From Eledone cirrhosa (taxonomy: Eukaryota): DNA of 64,000 nucleotides. The stretch is from NCBI GenBank assembly GCA_964016885.1, contig OZ024740.1, positions 398,784,001 through 398,848,000 of the forward strand. The letters run 5' to 3'. The notes under the pieces were generated by a model. It searched no databases, was not told the DNA's origin, and was given only the letters and a program-made list of their open reading frames with translations. Numbering within the stretch: position 1 is the stretch's first letter; each line of letters begins with the position of its first letter. This document shows, piece after piece, positions 41,455 to 54,348 of this stretch. The position numbers were made by a program, and so were the translations under genes.

Positions 41455-42545
41455 TGTCATCATAATCATCATCATCATCATCGTTTTTACGTCCATTTTT
41501 CCATGCTTGCATGGGTTAGACAGCTCCTTCTCAGCACGGCATCTCCTCTATGAATCTCTGATTTGAGGTGAGCTCTCACAAACTCGGCTTAGGTCTTTCT
41601 TGGTCTACCTCTACTGTGGCTTCCTTCTGCTGGCATTTCCTGGCACTTCTTCACCCAACGATCATTGTCCATGCCAAAGCAGTCTTCTCTCCGACACACC
41701 ACTTCAGATTCCTCTTAAACCTAGTTTCTCCCTCAACCCGTCCATGCTCTGCCTTTCTCTCACACTTACATTGCACATCCAACAGAGCATGGTTGCTTCA
41801 TTTCTCTCCAGTCTTCTGCAATCACAGCCCATGTTTCACACTTCACACACAAGTGCCATATAGTCATTCTTTTGTATCTAGGGAAAAACTTTTTGTGGCC
41901 AACAATGGGTGTAAACGTTTTCTATCCTATCCTTATTCTAGCTATTATGCTCTCAGAGCACACTCCTAAATTGCTAATAACCTCGCCTCGTGCATCTTCT
42001 ACATAAAATGTCTTCCCTTCCTGTTAGTCTACCTGTTATCCCACTACATCTCTTGTGTATCTAAGATTTACATTGTGTACATCATATGATGTTTATGCCT
42101 AACTCCTTATTACATATTGAGCAGGGCCACTTCCCTGAAGGAATCAGGGTCCTATCTTCACTCCTACTCACTAGCACTTTAGTTTTTGTTAAGTTTACTC
42201 TCAGACTTTTTGATTCAAAATTCTGTTCCATAATCGGAACTTATCTTCTAGTTCTTTAATGGATTTAGCTATAAGGACCAGATCATCTGCATAGAGACGT
42301 TCCCGTGGGAAGCTGGTCATAAACTCCTCTGTTATAGCCTGGAGAACTATAATGAATAGTAGTGGGCTAAGAACCAAACCCTGATGAACTCCTACTTGTA
42401 CTTTGAATTCCTCACTAAACTCATTTCCTACTCTCTCTTTGCTGACAACTCCTCTGTATATGGCTTGCACTGCTCTCACCAACCATTCTTCCACACCTAA
42501 TTTCCTTATGAATAACCAGATAATAGATCAAGGTATTCTCTACTC
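41455..42545 (-). mobile_element. Decayed RTE LINE
   Basis: ORF 42201-42494 (GVHQGLVLSPLLF, LYADDL); (gat)n tail abutting a long (TA)n. Confidence 0.88.
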
Positions 42546-43669
42546 TTTCCTTGTTCAACCCATGCCAGCATGGAAAACTAGGGCAACCCTACTCGAGTCA
42601 ACTTCCTCGTCCAACCCTTGTCTCTCTTATTCTCAAGCACATCCATGACTCATCTTTCCTGTCCAACATGAAAAGCCAGGTACATTTCACAATATGTCAG
42701 ATACCACCCACTTGCTTCAGAGTCACCTCCATAACCCAATGCTTCCTTCTCATAGTGAGATGTCCCAATGTCTAGCCAGGTCTCAGAGTTGAAAGTCCAT
42801 CTGACCCACAAGGGCATGGAAAATAAACATTTAATGATGATGATAATGTAAATTATGACAAATTTTAGAGTTTTGTACAAAATCCAATACACAAACATGG
42901 AGGCAATGGCAAAAATGGACAAAAACTTCCAGCTTGCAGAAATCCATCACTTTCATTAATCATGTTTAATCTATAAATGGTTTCACAGCAATATAGAAAG
43001 ATGGTGTGAACAATTACTCAATAGAAGCAAATTTTTAAGGCCAGATAGATCTCTGATGATAGAATGCATCATGCGTATGGTTGATGTGAATATCTACCTC
43101 ATCTTTACCTTGGCTTGTGACAGTAAAGGTGGTACTGAGATAACTTGAATTGATTGATCTCTTTCTTTCAAAATTTTACCAATGGGTATGATTGGGGGCC
43201 CTTCCAGAAGGTGAGATGCAAGCAAATATGATCTTCGTCTTGGCTGCAGTGATTTTCATGCCAACATGGGATGCATATGCATTGAGGTGTCCAACAGCTG
43301 ATGGGACATCAACATAGTTATCACCAATTATTATGAGATCATTGGTAGAGTCAAGGTCAGTGACATGGAAGTCTTATCCCACAGCAACATCTAGGAAATC
43401 CTCCAGAGCATGCTCTGTAATCCAGTTGATGGTACAATTGAAGTGTGCTGGAGATTAAACACAGCCTTGTCAGACACTTGAATAAATTTCGGAAGAGGTC
43501 AGATTCCTCTCTGTAACAGTGAAGCTTTCTTTATTGGGGAGCTGTAATCTGCTCTAAGATTCAGTAGCTTCACAGACAGCCCACCTACAATTGTGATGTC
43601 CCTGGGGTGTGTGTGTATATATATATACATATATAGTTGAAAAGCAACGAACAAAACACAGGAGGCAAT

Positions 43670-43751
<82 letters not shown>
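43670..43751. repeat. (TA)n-(GA)n compound microsatellite
   Basis: Directly visible. Confidence 0.95.
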
Positions 43752-43754
<3 letters not shown>

Positions 43755-43864
43755 ATGAGTATAGAGTAGTAAGCTAAGCACTCGATACTTAGGGAAATAG
43801 TGTAAGTATTGTAGAGTTACTACCCCACGGCTGAGCTCTTTCAATATATATATATATATATATA

Positions 43865-43940
43865 CTGTGTCCCAAAAAATGTATACAAATTTCAACAGTA
43901 TTCTAATAAAATTGTCTATACATTTTTGGGGGACACCCTG
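43865..43940. mobile_element. Tc1/mariner-type mini-MITE
   Basis: TIR-like gtgtcccaaaaaatgtata / tatacatttttgggggacaccctg with TA flanks; same family as 60895-61058. Confidence 0.65.
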
Positions 43941-44935
43941 TATATATAATCAGTACTGGTTCTTGTAGCGATTTCAGCGATGTAACGCCTAGTTTGACAG
44001 AATTTGAACTCAGATTATTTAGTCGTGAACTTATTACACCAAAATGATAGGTTGATCTCGGTACCAAAAATGTTTAGCTCTATGTCAGCCCTCATCGAAC
44101 AGACCAATGTTGAAAGGTGTCTTTTTTATTTAGGGTATCTAAGAATACAATATCAAAACGACAATAGAGCGATTCCTTGCTTTGCCTGGAAAGACAAAAT
44201 CTGAAAGCTAAACTACTGATGCCTTTGATATGAGCAAGTATACCGTAGTAATACAGAATTAAAATACTGGTGAACGTAGCATAGTGGTTAGTTATAAGTG
44301 TTTCTTAAATACAAAATTATTAGTTTATTAGAGCGAGAATGAGATTGTATGACATTAGTTTCTTTCTTAATTAACCAATAAATATCCACAAGGAAAAACT
44401 CTGTCGAAAATAGAGGAAATAAATTACGTTAGTGTTGATGAAGATTGTATTTGACCAGTCATTGAATTAATAGTATACTCTGATTATAGTCGCATTATTT
44501 CAGGATTTTTGCTGAGTTACTGCACTTACAATCACACTTTATAAAGAAAAAAAACATCATTAAGTGAAACTGCATCCATTTCAACTATGTATGTATATGT
44601 GTGTGCCTTTCCCTGTAAGATTAATAATACGAAGCTCTGGAACTTGGTTAGAATATCAAAATTTAAAGGCTAGAACGCATATACAACTCCATATGATTTT
44701 TCTATGGTTTTTCGCAACAACAAAAACAATAATATACTGATAAACAGGATGAAATAAGAGTTAAATTTACACATGTATTATAAATATGTTCTACAAGCAT
44801 TCAGTTGTATTTCATTACGAATAAAAATTCACAGCTGCTTACTAAGGAATAAAACAGAGAGAAGGGATAACGATGAAATATCAAAGTTAAAAAAAAAGTG
44901 TAAATACCTCTCAGCTTTAATCGGGGAGAACTTAC

Positions 44936-45150
44936 CTTAACTCACAAAATTTATATTAGATCATAATGAGAATTAAATCAGCCATATAATCCACTGGAAT
45001 AAGATGATCCTTAGCTATCGGAAAGGGTACTGGCTTTCCGAAAAAGAATACATTTTGGAAAGAAACTACCCTTATTTGTTAAACCCTAATTTAGGGGAAA
45101 TTTTCACTATTTACTAGTTTTATGTAAGAAGTGACGTGATTGGTTGAAAT
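44936..45150 (-). promoter_or_regulatory. Candidate KLHL20 promoter and non-coding first exon
   Basis: Perfect donor AAG|GTAAGT (exon end 44936); upstream on the minus strand CCAATCACGTCAC (CCAAT plus CRE/E-box-like) at 45131-45143; more CpG than the surrounding intron. Confidence 0.5.
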
Positions 45151-45669
45151 AGTTACGTTCGTCTTTTCTTATGGAACGGTGATGAGTACAATTTTGTTAG
45201 CTATAATAAATCTTCTGGAATTAGTTATTTTACAGAAGTATATATATAACTTCGTGGCTATTGTTATTATTTTGTAACAAAAGCATATTCTTAATTAAGA
45301 ATAAAATAATGAGTATATTGAAATTAAATGTATTTCGTTATGTCAATATTTAATCTTGAAGACAGTGAAACATTAGGAACATATTTTAGAGAGAACTAAA
45401 AACTATAAAATAGAAAACAAGACACGCCTAGATTTAACAAAATTCAATTACCATTTATGGAATATGACTGACATATCCGACCAGTATCCTAAAAAATTGT
45501 CCTCTTTTTTCTTTTTTAAAGACATAGCAACATTTCAAAACTTGTTTCAAGTTAATATTTATTAAGTAATTATATAGTTACTTTTATATCTGCATATCCC
45601 CCCCCCCTCAATCTCAGTCTCGAGATCTTTCAACAGAGGACAAGAGAAAATAACTTTATATATAGACAG

Positions 45670-45738
<69 letters not shown>

Positions 45739-46399
45739 TTTCTAATTTAAGCGCAAGTCGAGCAATTTTAAGGGTTGAGGTGGGGCGCTGGCCCATTAAA
45801 TCGACATACCACTCACTGGTACTTTATCTTAATAGCTTCGGAAGGATGAAAGACAAAGCTAATTCGGCGGAATTTCAACTTTGTTGTAAGAAAACTAAAT
45901 GCAAAACAGGAACTTATGAGAACCCTATGTATTTATATAAAAATAAATAGCGCAATAAAATATTTTTGTTGCATGTTTTGAATTTTATATAAATCACACT
46001 AGGTTTTTCAACAGAGGACACGTTTCTGATTGAATAAATAAATAAATTTATTGATAATTAAGAATGTTTTTTTCTGAAGAAGATCGTGAAAATACCACCA
46101 TTAAATAAGGTACTGATTACTAGAAATGATACATATTTATTTTATATAGAAGTGACTTTTACAGGGTTAGAACTATTTCATTCGTATAAAAATCATAGGA
46201 AATGTCAGATAAAGTTGATCAAGTTTAATTATAGATTCTTTGGGGTTGAGAAAGAGAAAAGGGTGTAGGAAGGAGGGAGAAGTGAAGACGAAAAGAAGGG
46301 GAAAGAGAATAAGAAGTAGGGGAGTTGGAGGGGGAAGTAAGTTCATTAAAATATTTTAATATATAAACGCACGCACACACACATATATATTATCATCCC

Positions 46400-46800
46400 T
46401 CTACATGTTGTGTTCTATCATCTCTGTGAGGGTTTAGTGTTTTAAGATCTACTTTCACTACTTTTTCCCAGGTTTTCCTGGGTTTTCTGCGACTGCAGTT
46501 TCCTTTCCTCCATTTGGAACTTCTGGCACTTCTTCACCCAATAATCATTATACATTACACGTCCATACCATAGCACAGTCTACTCTTACACACTATATTA
46601 GATTCATCTTATACTAAGTTTCTCTCTTAGCTCATCCATCCTTCATCATTCACACACATTAACATCACACATCCATCAAAGGATGCTTGCTTCATTTCTC
46701 TCCAGCCTTTGCATATTCTCTGCATTCACCACTCATGCTTCACTCCCATGCAACATCGCACTTTGCACATATTCATCATATAACTGCCCTTTTGTTAGTA
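46400..46800 (-). mobile_element. Old RTE 3' remnant
   Basis: Degenerate match to the RTE C-terminal region (gcttgcttcatttctctccagcc). Confidence 0.6.
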
Positions 46801-47254
46801 GTAAAGAGTCTTTCTAAAATATACTTTTTCCTATCCCAGGAAGGCTCCAAAGAAATTATTCATAGCTTTTGATACCTAAGTGTCTGAATTAGCTATGGAG
46901 GACGTTGCTAAGAAAGTGTAGTTGCTAGAATAAGAACAAGATGGATAAACATTTTGTGAGTAGAGCTGATCTGGGTCTAAACGACGACAACAACAATCTG
47001 GGAATTAGCATTCCATCCAAGGAAGAGGATGCCTCTCATTCACTTAATACATTTAAAAGCAGGATAGATTTTCACTTGCACAAGGTAGAAAGTGACACAC
47101 TCAAATATTTGCAGTGAGAAATCCTGCTCAAATCAAGTGTTCTTCAAATATTCCAAACTTACTTCAATGCTATGATTTTTTTTTACTGTATCTTTGGTGG
47201 AGTAGAGATTTCTTTTTTTCAATTACAAATAAAAATTGAAGACAAAGTAGAACT

Positions 47255-47560
47255 GCCGTCACTTCCAATGACAAGTATTCCAGTTGATTTGATCAATGGG
47301 GCAGCCTGTTCGTGACATTATTGTGCAAGTAAATAGGCATTCTATAGATATAGTTGTCAGCGAAATTCAGCATGACACAAGGTGTGACAAATGTGGCTCC
47401 TTTGAATTACAGATACCACTCATTTTTAGCAACTGAGCGGACTGAAGCAATGTGAAATAAGTTATCTTGTTCAAGGTCACAATGCACTGCCAGGAATCAA
47501 ACTCATGACCTTATGTTCATGAGCTGAACACCCTAACCACTAAGCCATGTGCCTTCACTA
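47255..47560 (-). mobile_element. tRNA-derived SINE
   Basis: Minus strand ggcacatggcttagtggttagggtg A-box, gagtttgattcc B-box, cttgaacaagataact core. Confidence 0.7.
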
Positions 47561-49677
47561 AAGACAAAGTAAGTGTACAGTAACAATAAAAATGAGTTAG
47601 AAAGAAAAAAGAAAAGACATGCTTATTCTCTTGATTCTCATGCTATAAGGAATGCTGAAGTTTCACTCTAAAAAATATGGCAATCCACATCTTTTCCAGT
47701 GTTACTGTGTCTCCTAATGAAGCTGAAACACTGGAACAGCCAAGCACCCTCATGCTAAGACACTGAAACAGCCAAGCACTCTCATGAACATTAGTAAAAT
47801 GAGCTGTCAATCATGACAAAAACTCCATTGTCACCTCTCACTCCACCTCACATGAATGCCATGGGCTGAAAATTGTAATTTGTGAACAGATAATGGTATT
47901 TTAGTAATTTATTCCATTTAGGTATGGATGCAGTAATCCATATTTCTACCACATTTCATTCCTTCACACATTTAGGATATGTGAAGGAGTGAAAAAGTTG
48001 TGGGCAGGGACAAGCCATACAAGGCATCTGTCTCTAGCCCAGGGGAAAAGGGTAGGCCCATAAGGCCTCTTGTTAATATGATATAATGTGTCAGTTGGAC
48101 TTGTACATTACGATATTTTGAAGGAAGTGATAACTGGACATTATTATAGCTGTGCATGTGCTGTTTATAGAAGAAGTGGGTTAATGAATGTTTTTGACTG
48201 TTGGTGAAATAAAAGAGGAGTTGGATTTCACACAGCGGAAGTATTGTGTTGTAATCTTGTCTTAGTGGTGCCGTGACTAGGATGTGCTTATCAGTTGGTA
48301 TTTGGATGCAACCCAAACCTGCCTTCCATGAAAAAATTACTACATACTTCCCATCAACCTTAGAAACCCAACAAGCTTCAGAAGTGAGGGGATATTAACT
48401 CTGGTTAGGGACTGTTTTATAATTAGGTTCAGCTTGGTATGGCAAGCAAAGTGACTTGCGTTCAGATGATATGGCAATCCTTCAAGAACCTTGGAATCAA
48501 CAGCATTGCCACATTGACTTTTCAATCTACAGATATCAACCCTGAGAGCAATAGAGATATTGTGATCATCCAGACAAAGTAAGCAACTGATGTTCACTGC
48601 ACAAAATGTTGACCATGTCCCCAGAAAATTTGGTATGCTTAGAAAGTAGGCAACACCATGAATATTAACCAGATTGTGACAGGAATTCTGGTCAGATTTG
48701 AAATCTGAACTCTTAATCCACTGGTCAGTTTTCAAGTATAAGTTATCAGTCATGGTATCTGGGTATATGTATTATTTCCATTTTTTCTTAGCAACTAAAA
48801 CTTTTTTTGATTTATTTTCAGACAATCAGTTATCTCAATGGCCCCTTTATTTACATGACTCACCTGTATAAAGAATTTGGTAGGATTGTTAGGGCACAAT
48901 ATATAAAATAATATAATATTTGTTCCAGCTCACTGCACTCTGAATTTAAATCAGACAGTTCAACTTTGCCTTTAATCCATTCAAGGTTGATAAATAAATT
49001 ATTAGTACAGTACTGAGGTTGGTTATACCTATCTCTATTTTTCCTTCCCTTTCTCTAGAAGAAATAACTGTATTCTGCCAGAGGGGAATGGGCTCAACTA
49101 GGTTTAAAATGCCCAAAACATGACAAGTATCAAGACAACACCCCAACAACTCCATCAAGAGTAAAGGGTCCTTTACTTTTTACTTTATGAATGAGAGGCA
49201 GTCTACATAGATAGAAAACATTTCACCTGTCTGGATCTTTCTACAGTTGTTTTCATCTTGGGTAATAAAAAAAATCTACCACTAACATCATTATCAAAAA
49301 TTTGATACCAGAACTGTTATCTTATTTACATTCAAATATTATTCAGACTGTAAATCTTTGATTATTCATAAAATGAACATTCATGATACAAGATCAATCA
49401 AATAGAGTCGAAAATACATTTTTGATGTAGATTAGCCTGAGTCGATGTATCCAGTTCTAGAAATAACAAGCCTATCAATAACCAGCAGACATTACCCTTG
49501 CATTGATCAAATCATAAGACATGAATGAACTAATTCAATAAAAACTGTGCATATATACATTTGTGTGGGCATGAGTGTATGTGGGTGTATGCATATGTAT
49601 ATATATATGTATGTATATATATATATATACATATATATATATGTAGTTATGTAATAAACAACATAAGGCAATTATTC

Positions 49678-49731
49678 CATTTACCAGTGGTTTCTTAAAA
49701 GCAAAAGATTTTGCTTTCAATCCTCAGAATT
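49678..49731 (-). ncRNA. Type I hammerhead ribozyme (mirror copy)
   Basis: Reverse complement of 49751-49804 with one stem I substitution. Confidence 0.8.
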
Positions 49732-49750
49732 AAAAAATCCTGGATTTTTT

Positions 49751-49804
49751 CATTCTGAGGATTGAAAGCAAAATCTTTTGCTTTTAAGAAACCACTGGTA
49801 AATG
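49751..49804 (+). ncRNA. Type I hammerhead ribozyme
   Basis: CATT-CTGAGGA-[TTGAAAGCAAAA tc TTTTGCTTTTAA]-GAAA-CCACTGG-TA-AATG: complete core, stems I-III, GUA site (predicted cut after 49800). Confidence 0.88.
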
Positions 49805-49967
49805 GAATAATTGCCTTATGTTGTTTATTACATAACTATTAAGCTCTGTTACCTACATAGAGCACTCTTTTTTCCTGGACTTTTCCGACGGAATTACTTC
49901 ATTCACACATATATATATATGTATGTAAAAGGTAAACAGAAATAACAACACAATCGGTACAGTATAT

Positions 49968-50146
49968 GGAAGGTATATATTAGGTTAACGCTTGATATAG
50001 CAGGAAGAGTGTCTTAACGTTTCGGATGCTAGTCCTTCATCAGAAGAAAGAATGAGAAATAAAATAGATTGAGGGGACGGGCAGGATGGAATTGGAAAAA
50101 GTGTCTTTAGATAAAAATAACAGGTCCATTCATGTTAACATCTCTT
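49968..50146 (-). mobile_element. Hammerhead-bearing repeat (Penelope pLTR-like), left arm; hammerhead at 50012-50047
   Basis: Inverted copy of 51788-51965; minus strand TCTT-CTGATGA-AGGACTAGCATCC-GAAA-CGTT-AAGA. Confidence 0.8.
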
Positions 50147-50249
50147 ATGTATATATATATATATATATATATATAGGTAGATAGATAGATATACATATAT
50201 ATATGTATTTGTATATATGTATGAATATACATATATATGTATGTATATA

Positions 50250-51772
50250 TATCATCATCATCATCATCATTATCATTTTACGACCGCTTTTCCCTGCTTG
50301 CAAGGGTGGGACGGGTCCTATTCAGCACAGCATCTCTCCACTTGTCACGGTCCTTTGTCATCTCCACCGTGAGCTTCAGCGTCCTGAGGTCTGCTCTCAC
50401 CACCTCCACCCATGTTTTTCGTGGTCTTCCTCTACTACGTCTTCCTTTAACTTGCATTTCTTGGCACTTCTTCATCCATCGGTCATCCTCAATGAGCATC
50501 ACATGTCCATACCATCGCAGTCTCCTCTCCCGCACACTACAATTTATCCCTCTCAGACAGGCCATTCACGCAAATTGACATCACACATCCAACAGAGCAT
50601 GCTTGCCTCCTTTCTCTCCAGCCGTCGCATATCCTCTGCAGTTGTTGCCCAAGCTTCACTACCATGCAGCATCGCGCACCTCACACAGGCATCATATAAC
50701 CGGCCTTTCATACACAGGGAGAAACCCTTCTTCGTCAGCAGAGGAAGCAGCTCCCTAAACTTCTTCCAACCCTTATTCTAGATACTATGGCCTCGGAACA
50801 CCCTCTTCCCATGCTAATCTGATCACCTAGGTACCGGAAGCTATCAACCACTTCTATAGCACCCACCTGCATTGGAAAAATGTGTCTATCAATGTGACTT
50901 CTACTGTCAAATTTCCCTGTACATCTACTGCATACATATTTCTCCCTACCTGTTAGTTTGCCTGCTATCCCACTACATCTCTTGTGTACCCAAGATCTGC
51001 ATTGTGTACATTTTATAGAATTTATGCCAGTTCCTTTTCTGCATATCGAACATGGCCATTTCCCTGACGGAATCAGGGTTTTGTCCTCTTTTCTACTCAT
51101 CAACACTTTTGTCTTAGCTAGGTTCACTCTCAGTCCTCTTGATTCCAACTGCTGTTTCCACAGCCAGAATCTATTCTTCAGCTCCGCTACTGATTCTCTA
51201 TAAGAACCAGATCATCAGCATAGAGAAGTTCCCATGGACAGCCAGTCTTAAATTCCTCTGTTATGGCTTGGAGAACTATAATGAACAAGAGCGGGCTGAG
51301 GACCAAACCCTGATGTACTCCTACTTGTATCTGGAATTCCTCACTAAACTCCATTCCTACCCTCACTTTACTGACAGCACCTCTGTATAAAGCTTGCACT
51401 GTCCTCACAAGCCATTCCTCAACACCCAGCTTCCTTAGGGACCACCAGATGACATATCGGGGTACCCTATCAAAGGCCTTCTCTAAGTCAACAAAAGCTA
51501 AGTATAGTGGCTTATTCTTCTCTAAGAACCTCTCTTGTAATTGTCTCACTAAGAAGAGGGCATCCATTGTACTTTTCCCAGGCACAAAACCAAACTGCAT
51601 CTCATCTATTTTGACCCTTTTTTCTAATTAGTTGCGCTAATATCCTTTCTGCCACTTTCATGACCTGATCCATCAGTTTTATGCCCCTATAATTGCTCCT
51701 CTCCAGAACATCCCCTTTACCTTTATAGCAATTTATGAGAATACTGCTGCACCAGTCTTTGGGTATGACACC
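50250..51772 (-). mobile_element. Frameshifted RTE LINE inserted in (TA)n between inverted repeats
   Basis: Consecutive ORFs 51602-51802, 51187-51600 (LLYADDL), 50735-51148 (PHD-like), 50278-50565; (gat)n tail at about 50250-50272. Confidence 0.93.
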
Positions 51773-51787
51773 ATATATATATATTGC

Positions 51788-51965
51788 AAGAGATGTCAAC
51801 ATGAATCAACCTGTTATTTTTATCTAAAGACATTTTTTCCAATTCCATCCCGCCCTACCCCTCAATCTATCTTATTTCTCATTCTTTCTTCTGATGAAGG
51901 ACTAGCATCCGAAACGTTAAGACCCTCTTCCTGCTATATCAAGCGTTAACCTAATATATCCCTTC
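51788..51965 (+). mobile_element. Hammerhead-bearing repeat, right arm; minimal type I hammerhead at 51887-51922
   Basis: TCTT CTGATGA aGGActagcaTCC GAAA CG TT AAGA, with a palindromic ACGT helix III. Confidence 0.8.
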
Positions 51966-52372
51966 AGACACCCCACATACCCCTACATCACCCTTACACT
52001 TCTGTCCACACCACCCTTACACTGTAAAGTTATGTTGGTATCACAAAAACATCCAGCCCACACTATAAGGTGGTCATGTAGGAGTCACGACAAAACGCAT
52101 CCAGCCCACACTGTAAAGTGGTCATGTAGGTATCACAACAAAAAGTACACAGCCCACACTGTAAGATGGTTGTATAGGTGTCACAACAAAAAGAACCCAG
52201 TACTCACTGTAAATGTGGTTGGCATTAGGAAGGGCATCCAGCTGTAGAAACCAAGCCAAAATCAGTTCTGTATGAGCAAGGCATGATCATCTGACCCAAG
52301 TTGCCTCAAATAGGACAATCTGTCTAACCCATGCTAGTGTGGAAAATGGCCGTTAAATGGTGATGATGATAA
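51966..52372 (+). mobile_element. RTE 3' UTR fragment with about 4 internal ~46-bp repeats
   Basis: Repeated ccagcccacactgtaaagtggtcatgtagg...acaaaaa, then ggcattaggaagggcatccagctgtagaaa and (gat)n. Confidence 0.8.
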
Positions 52373-52506
52373 GATATATATATATATATTCCTCCACACA
52401 GCCTTGGACTTAAGCCCATTAGTTGATGTTGACTTTAATTTTTTTCTCACTCTTCGAGTTGCTCACACACATGTGCTTACAGATTTCCCTCTTCGGTATG
52501 TCGTTT

Positions 52507-52557
<51 letters not shown>

Positions 52558-52603
52558 ATTTGTTTTGCAAGGTTTTTTATATGAAATCGTGAGTTGAAAC
52601 AAA

Positions 52604-54317
52604 TATTGTTATATTTCGGGAGGGTCATATTGTTATAATATTGCCAGAAATAATAATAGAACACACTCACTGTTTGGTTTGGATTGGTTTTCGCTTCTGT
52701 ATCTTTTATATCTCCATAGTTAATTTATGTGGCAGTCAATGTTTATCATTGATTGACCAATGGTTAAAAATACTGATATAAATATATATAGTCTATCAAA
52801 GTTCTTTCGTCACACATCTGTGACATCATCAGTGGTACTATTATGTTTCCTCCCATTGTATTGTAATGTTAATACCATTTCTATTTTATTTATTTATTTA
52901 TTCTTGTCTCTGTCTCTGTTTACGCATGTGTTTTCTGTTTGGTGTGTGTGTTTGTGTTTGAGTCTATATGTTTATTTGTATTCTATCTTTGTTCGCTAGT
53001 ATGTGTTTATGTGTGTTTGTTCATATTGTACTTGTGTCAGGTCACTCTTGAGTGCCACTGGTAACATGTAAACCAGTACAACCTTTCGCATGGTCGGGTC
53101 GTCGGCAACAAAACTGGCAACCCCACCAAATTTACTTGGTGAGGAGGGTGATTTTGGACACCCTGCAGGACAAAAAACAATACCTGACAAAGGGCATAAG
53201 AACTCATAAGAGTCAACGGCCATCCAAAAATGTGTAAATATGTATATACACATGTACATATGTATGTGTATGTATATGCGTGTGTATATGCCTGGGGTGT
53301 CAGGGAGGGGCATGTACCTCTGTGGGGGGGGGGCTAGCCATGCCCTTTTCAGGACAGCTCGTCCTGCATTGGGTCCCACCTGACACTCAGCTCTCACCTG
53401 TGGCCCCAAGAAGCTGTAGCATGCGACAGCGGCCACACCCCGGTAAACCGCTTTGGTTGACGGGCCGAACCAGGTTGAGAGTAGCCAGATGGGTCTGAAA
53501 CCCCCACCCCCCACCCACCCGGTGAGTTAGATAGGGGATGCCTACCCCTGCATGCGAAGACTGGACCTGGCGGAGTGAGTGGAGGAGGACAACATCGTCC
53601 CAACAGTTACGAAGGCGGTGACAGCAAGCGGTGTGGAGCGCTAGGGCATGGCAAGGCACTACAGATGTCGTGGCCATCCACTGCAGCCAAGGAAGTTCCT
53701 GGTCGTGACGGTCCTCCGTACCACCGGATTCTGGCTTCTATGGCCGAGTGAGTGGGACCGTCACTGTGCACTGGCCCTCCTACTATAAACCTTTCCCGCA
53801 CAGGTTTCTTCTTTAGCGTGCACTCCCAAAGCCTTGCGGCGATGGGCGAGAGGCATCCCCGAACCTGCAAGTCAAGGATCGGCTTCCACAGCCACCTTCG
53901 CGCCCACAGCAGACAGGAACAACAATGAAGAAGATGTCATCATCATTTACGATGTACAACCAAGATAGAAGTTGGGACTTGTGTATATATATTTATTTAT
54001 TTATTTATATTTCCCTTAAGTCAGTATTGTGTGTTTGGGTATGGTTGTTGTTGTTATTCCATTCATTTTTTCTGTTCAACTTTGGTTTTCTTAGTTCTAT
54101 CTCAGTTGCTTTTCTGATTTGCCTACCTGTTGAGTCATTTCTATGTTTAGATATTATTTTAATTTCTATGTCGTCTATATTACCGTCATTGATTGCCAGA
54201 TAAATTAACTATGGAGATGTAAAAGATACAGAAGAGAAAACCAATCCAGACCAAACAATGAGTGTGTTCTATTATTATTTCTGGCAATATTATAACAATA
54301 TGACCCTCCCCAAATAT

Positions 54318-54325
<8 letters not shown>
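52604..54325. repeat. Inverted repeat of about 140 bp (52604-52742 / 54187-54325)
   Basis: atattgttatatttcgggagggtcatattg...cagtcaatg versus cattgattgcc...caatatgaccctccccaaatataacaatat; the terminal motif recurs at about 62269-62292. Confidence 0.9.
53295..53970 (+). mobile_element. Internally deleted (bipartite) RTE/BovB-type non-autonomous element
   Basis: GC-rich 5'-UTR-like region joined directly to the ORF terminus TCKSRIGFHSHLRAHSRQEQQ* (53863-53928) and a short tail. Confidence 0.65.

Positions 54326-54344
<19 letters not shown>

Positions 54345-54348
<4 letters not shown>

Larger units (their letters stand above)
49644..49838. repeat. 195-bp near-perfect palindrome (97-bp arms, 1 mismatch, centre 49741)
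   Basis: Arms are reverse complements base by base except 49731/49751. Confidence 0.97.

Noticed and set aside
42900-43560. Possible DNA-transposase remnant (similar impression at about 6000-7450)
   Set aside because: Composition looks ex-coding but I could not read a convincing motif; needs a translated search.
45628-46020. 15-bp direct repeat tttcaacagaggaca as a target-site duplication
   Set aside because: It does not coincide with the boundaries of the enclosed SINE or microsatellite.
52996-53870. Cluster of minus-strand ORFs as a gene
   Set aside because: Stop-poor frames arise from the GC-rich retroelement UTR; there are no domain motifs or splice structure.
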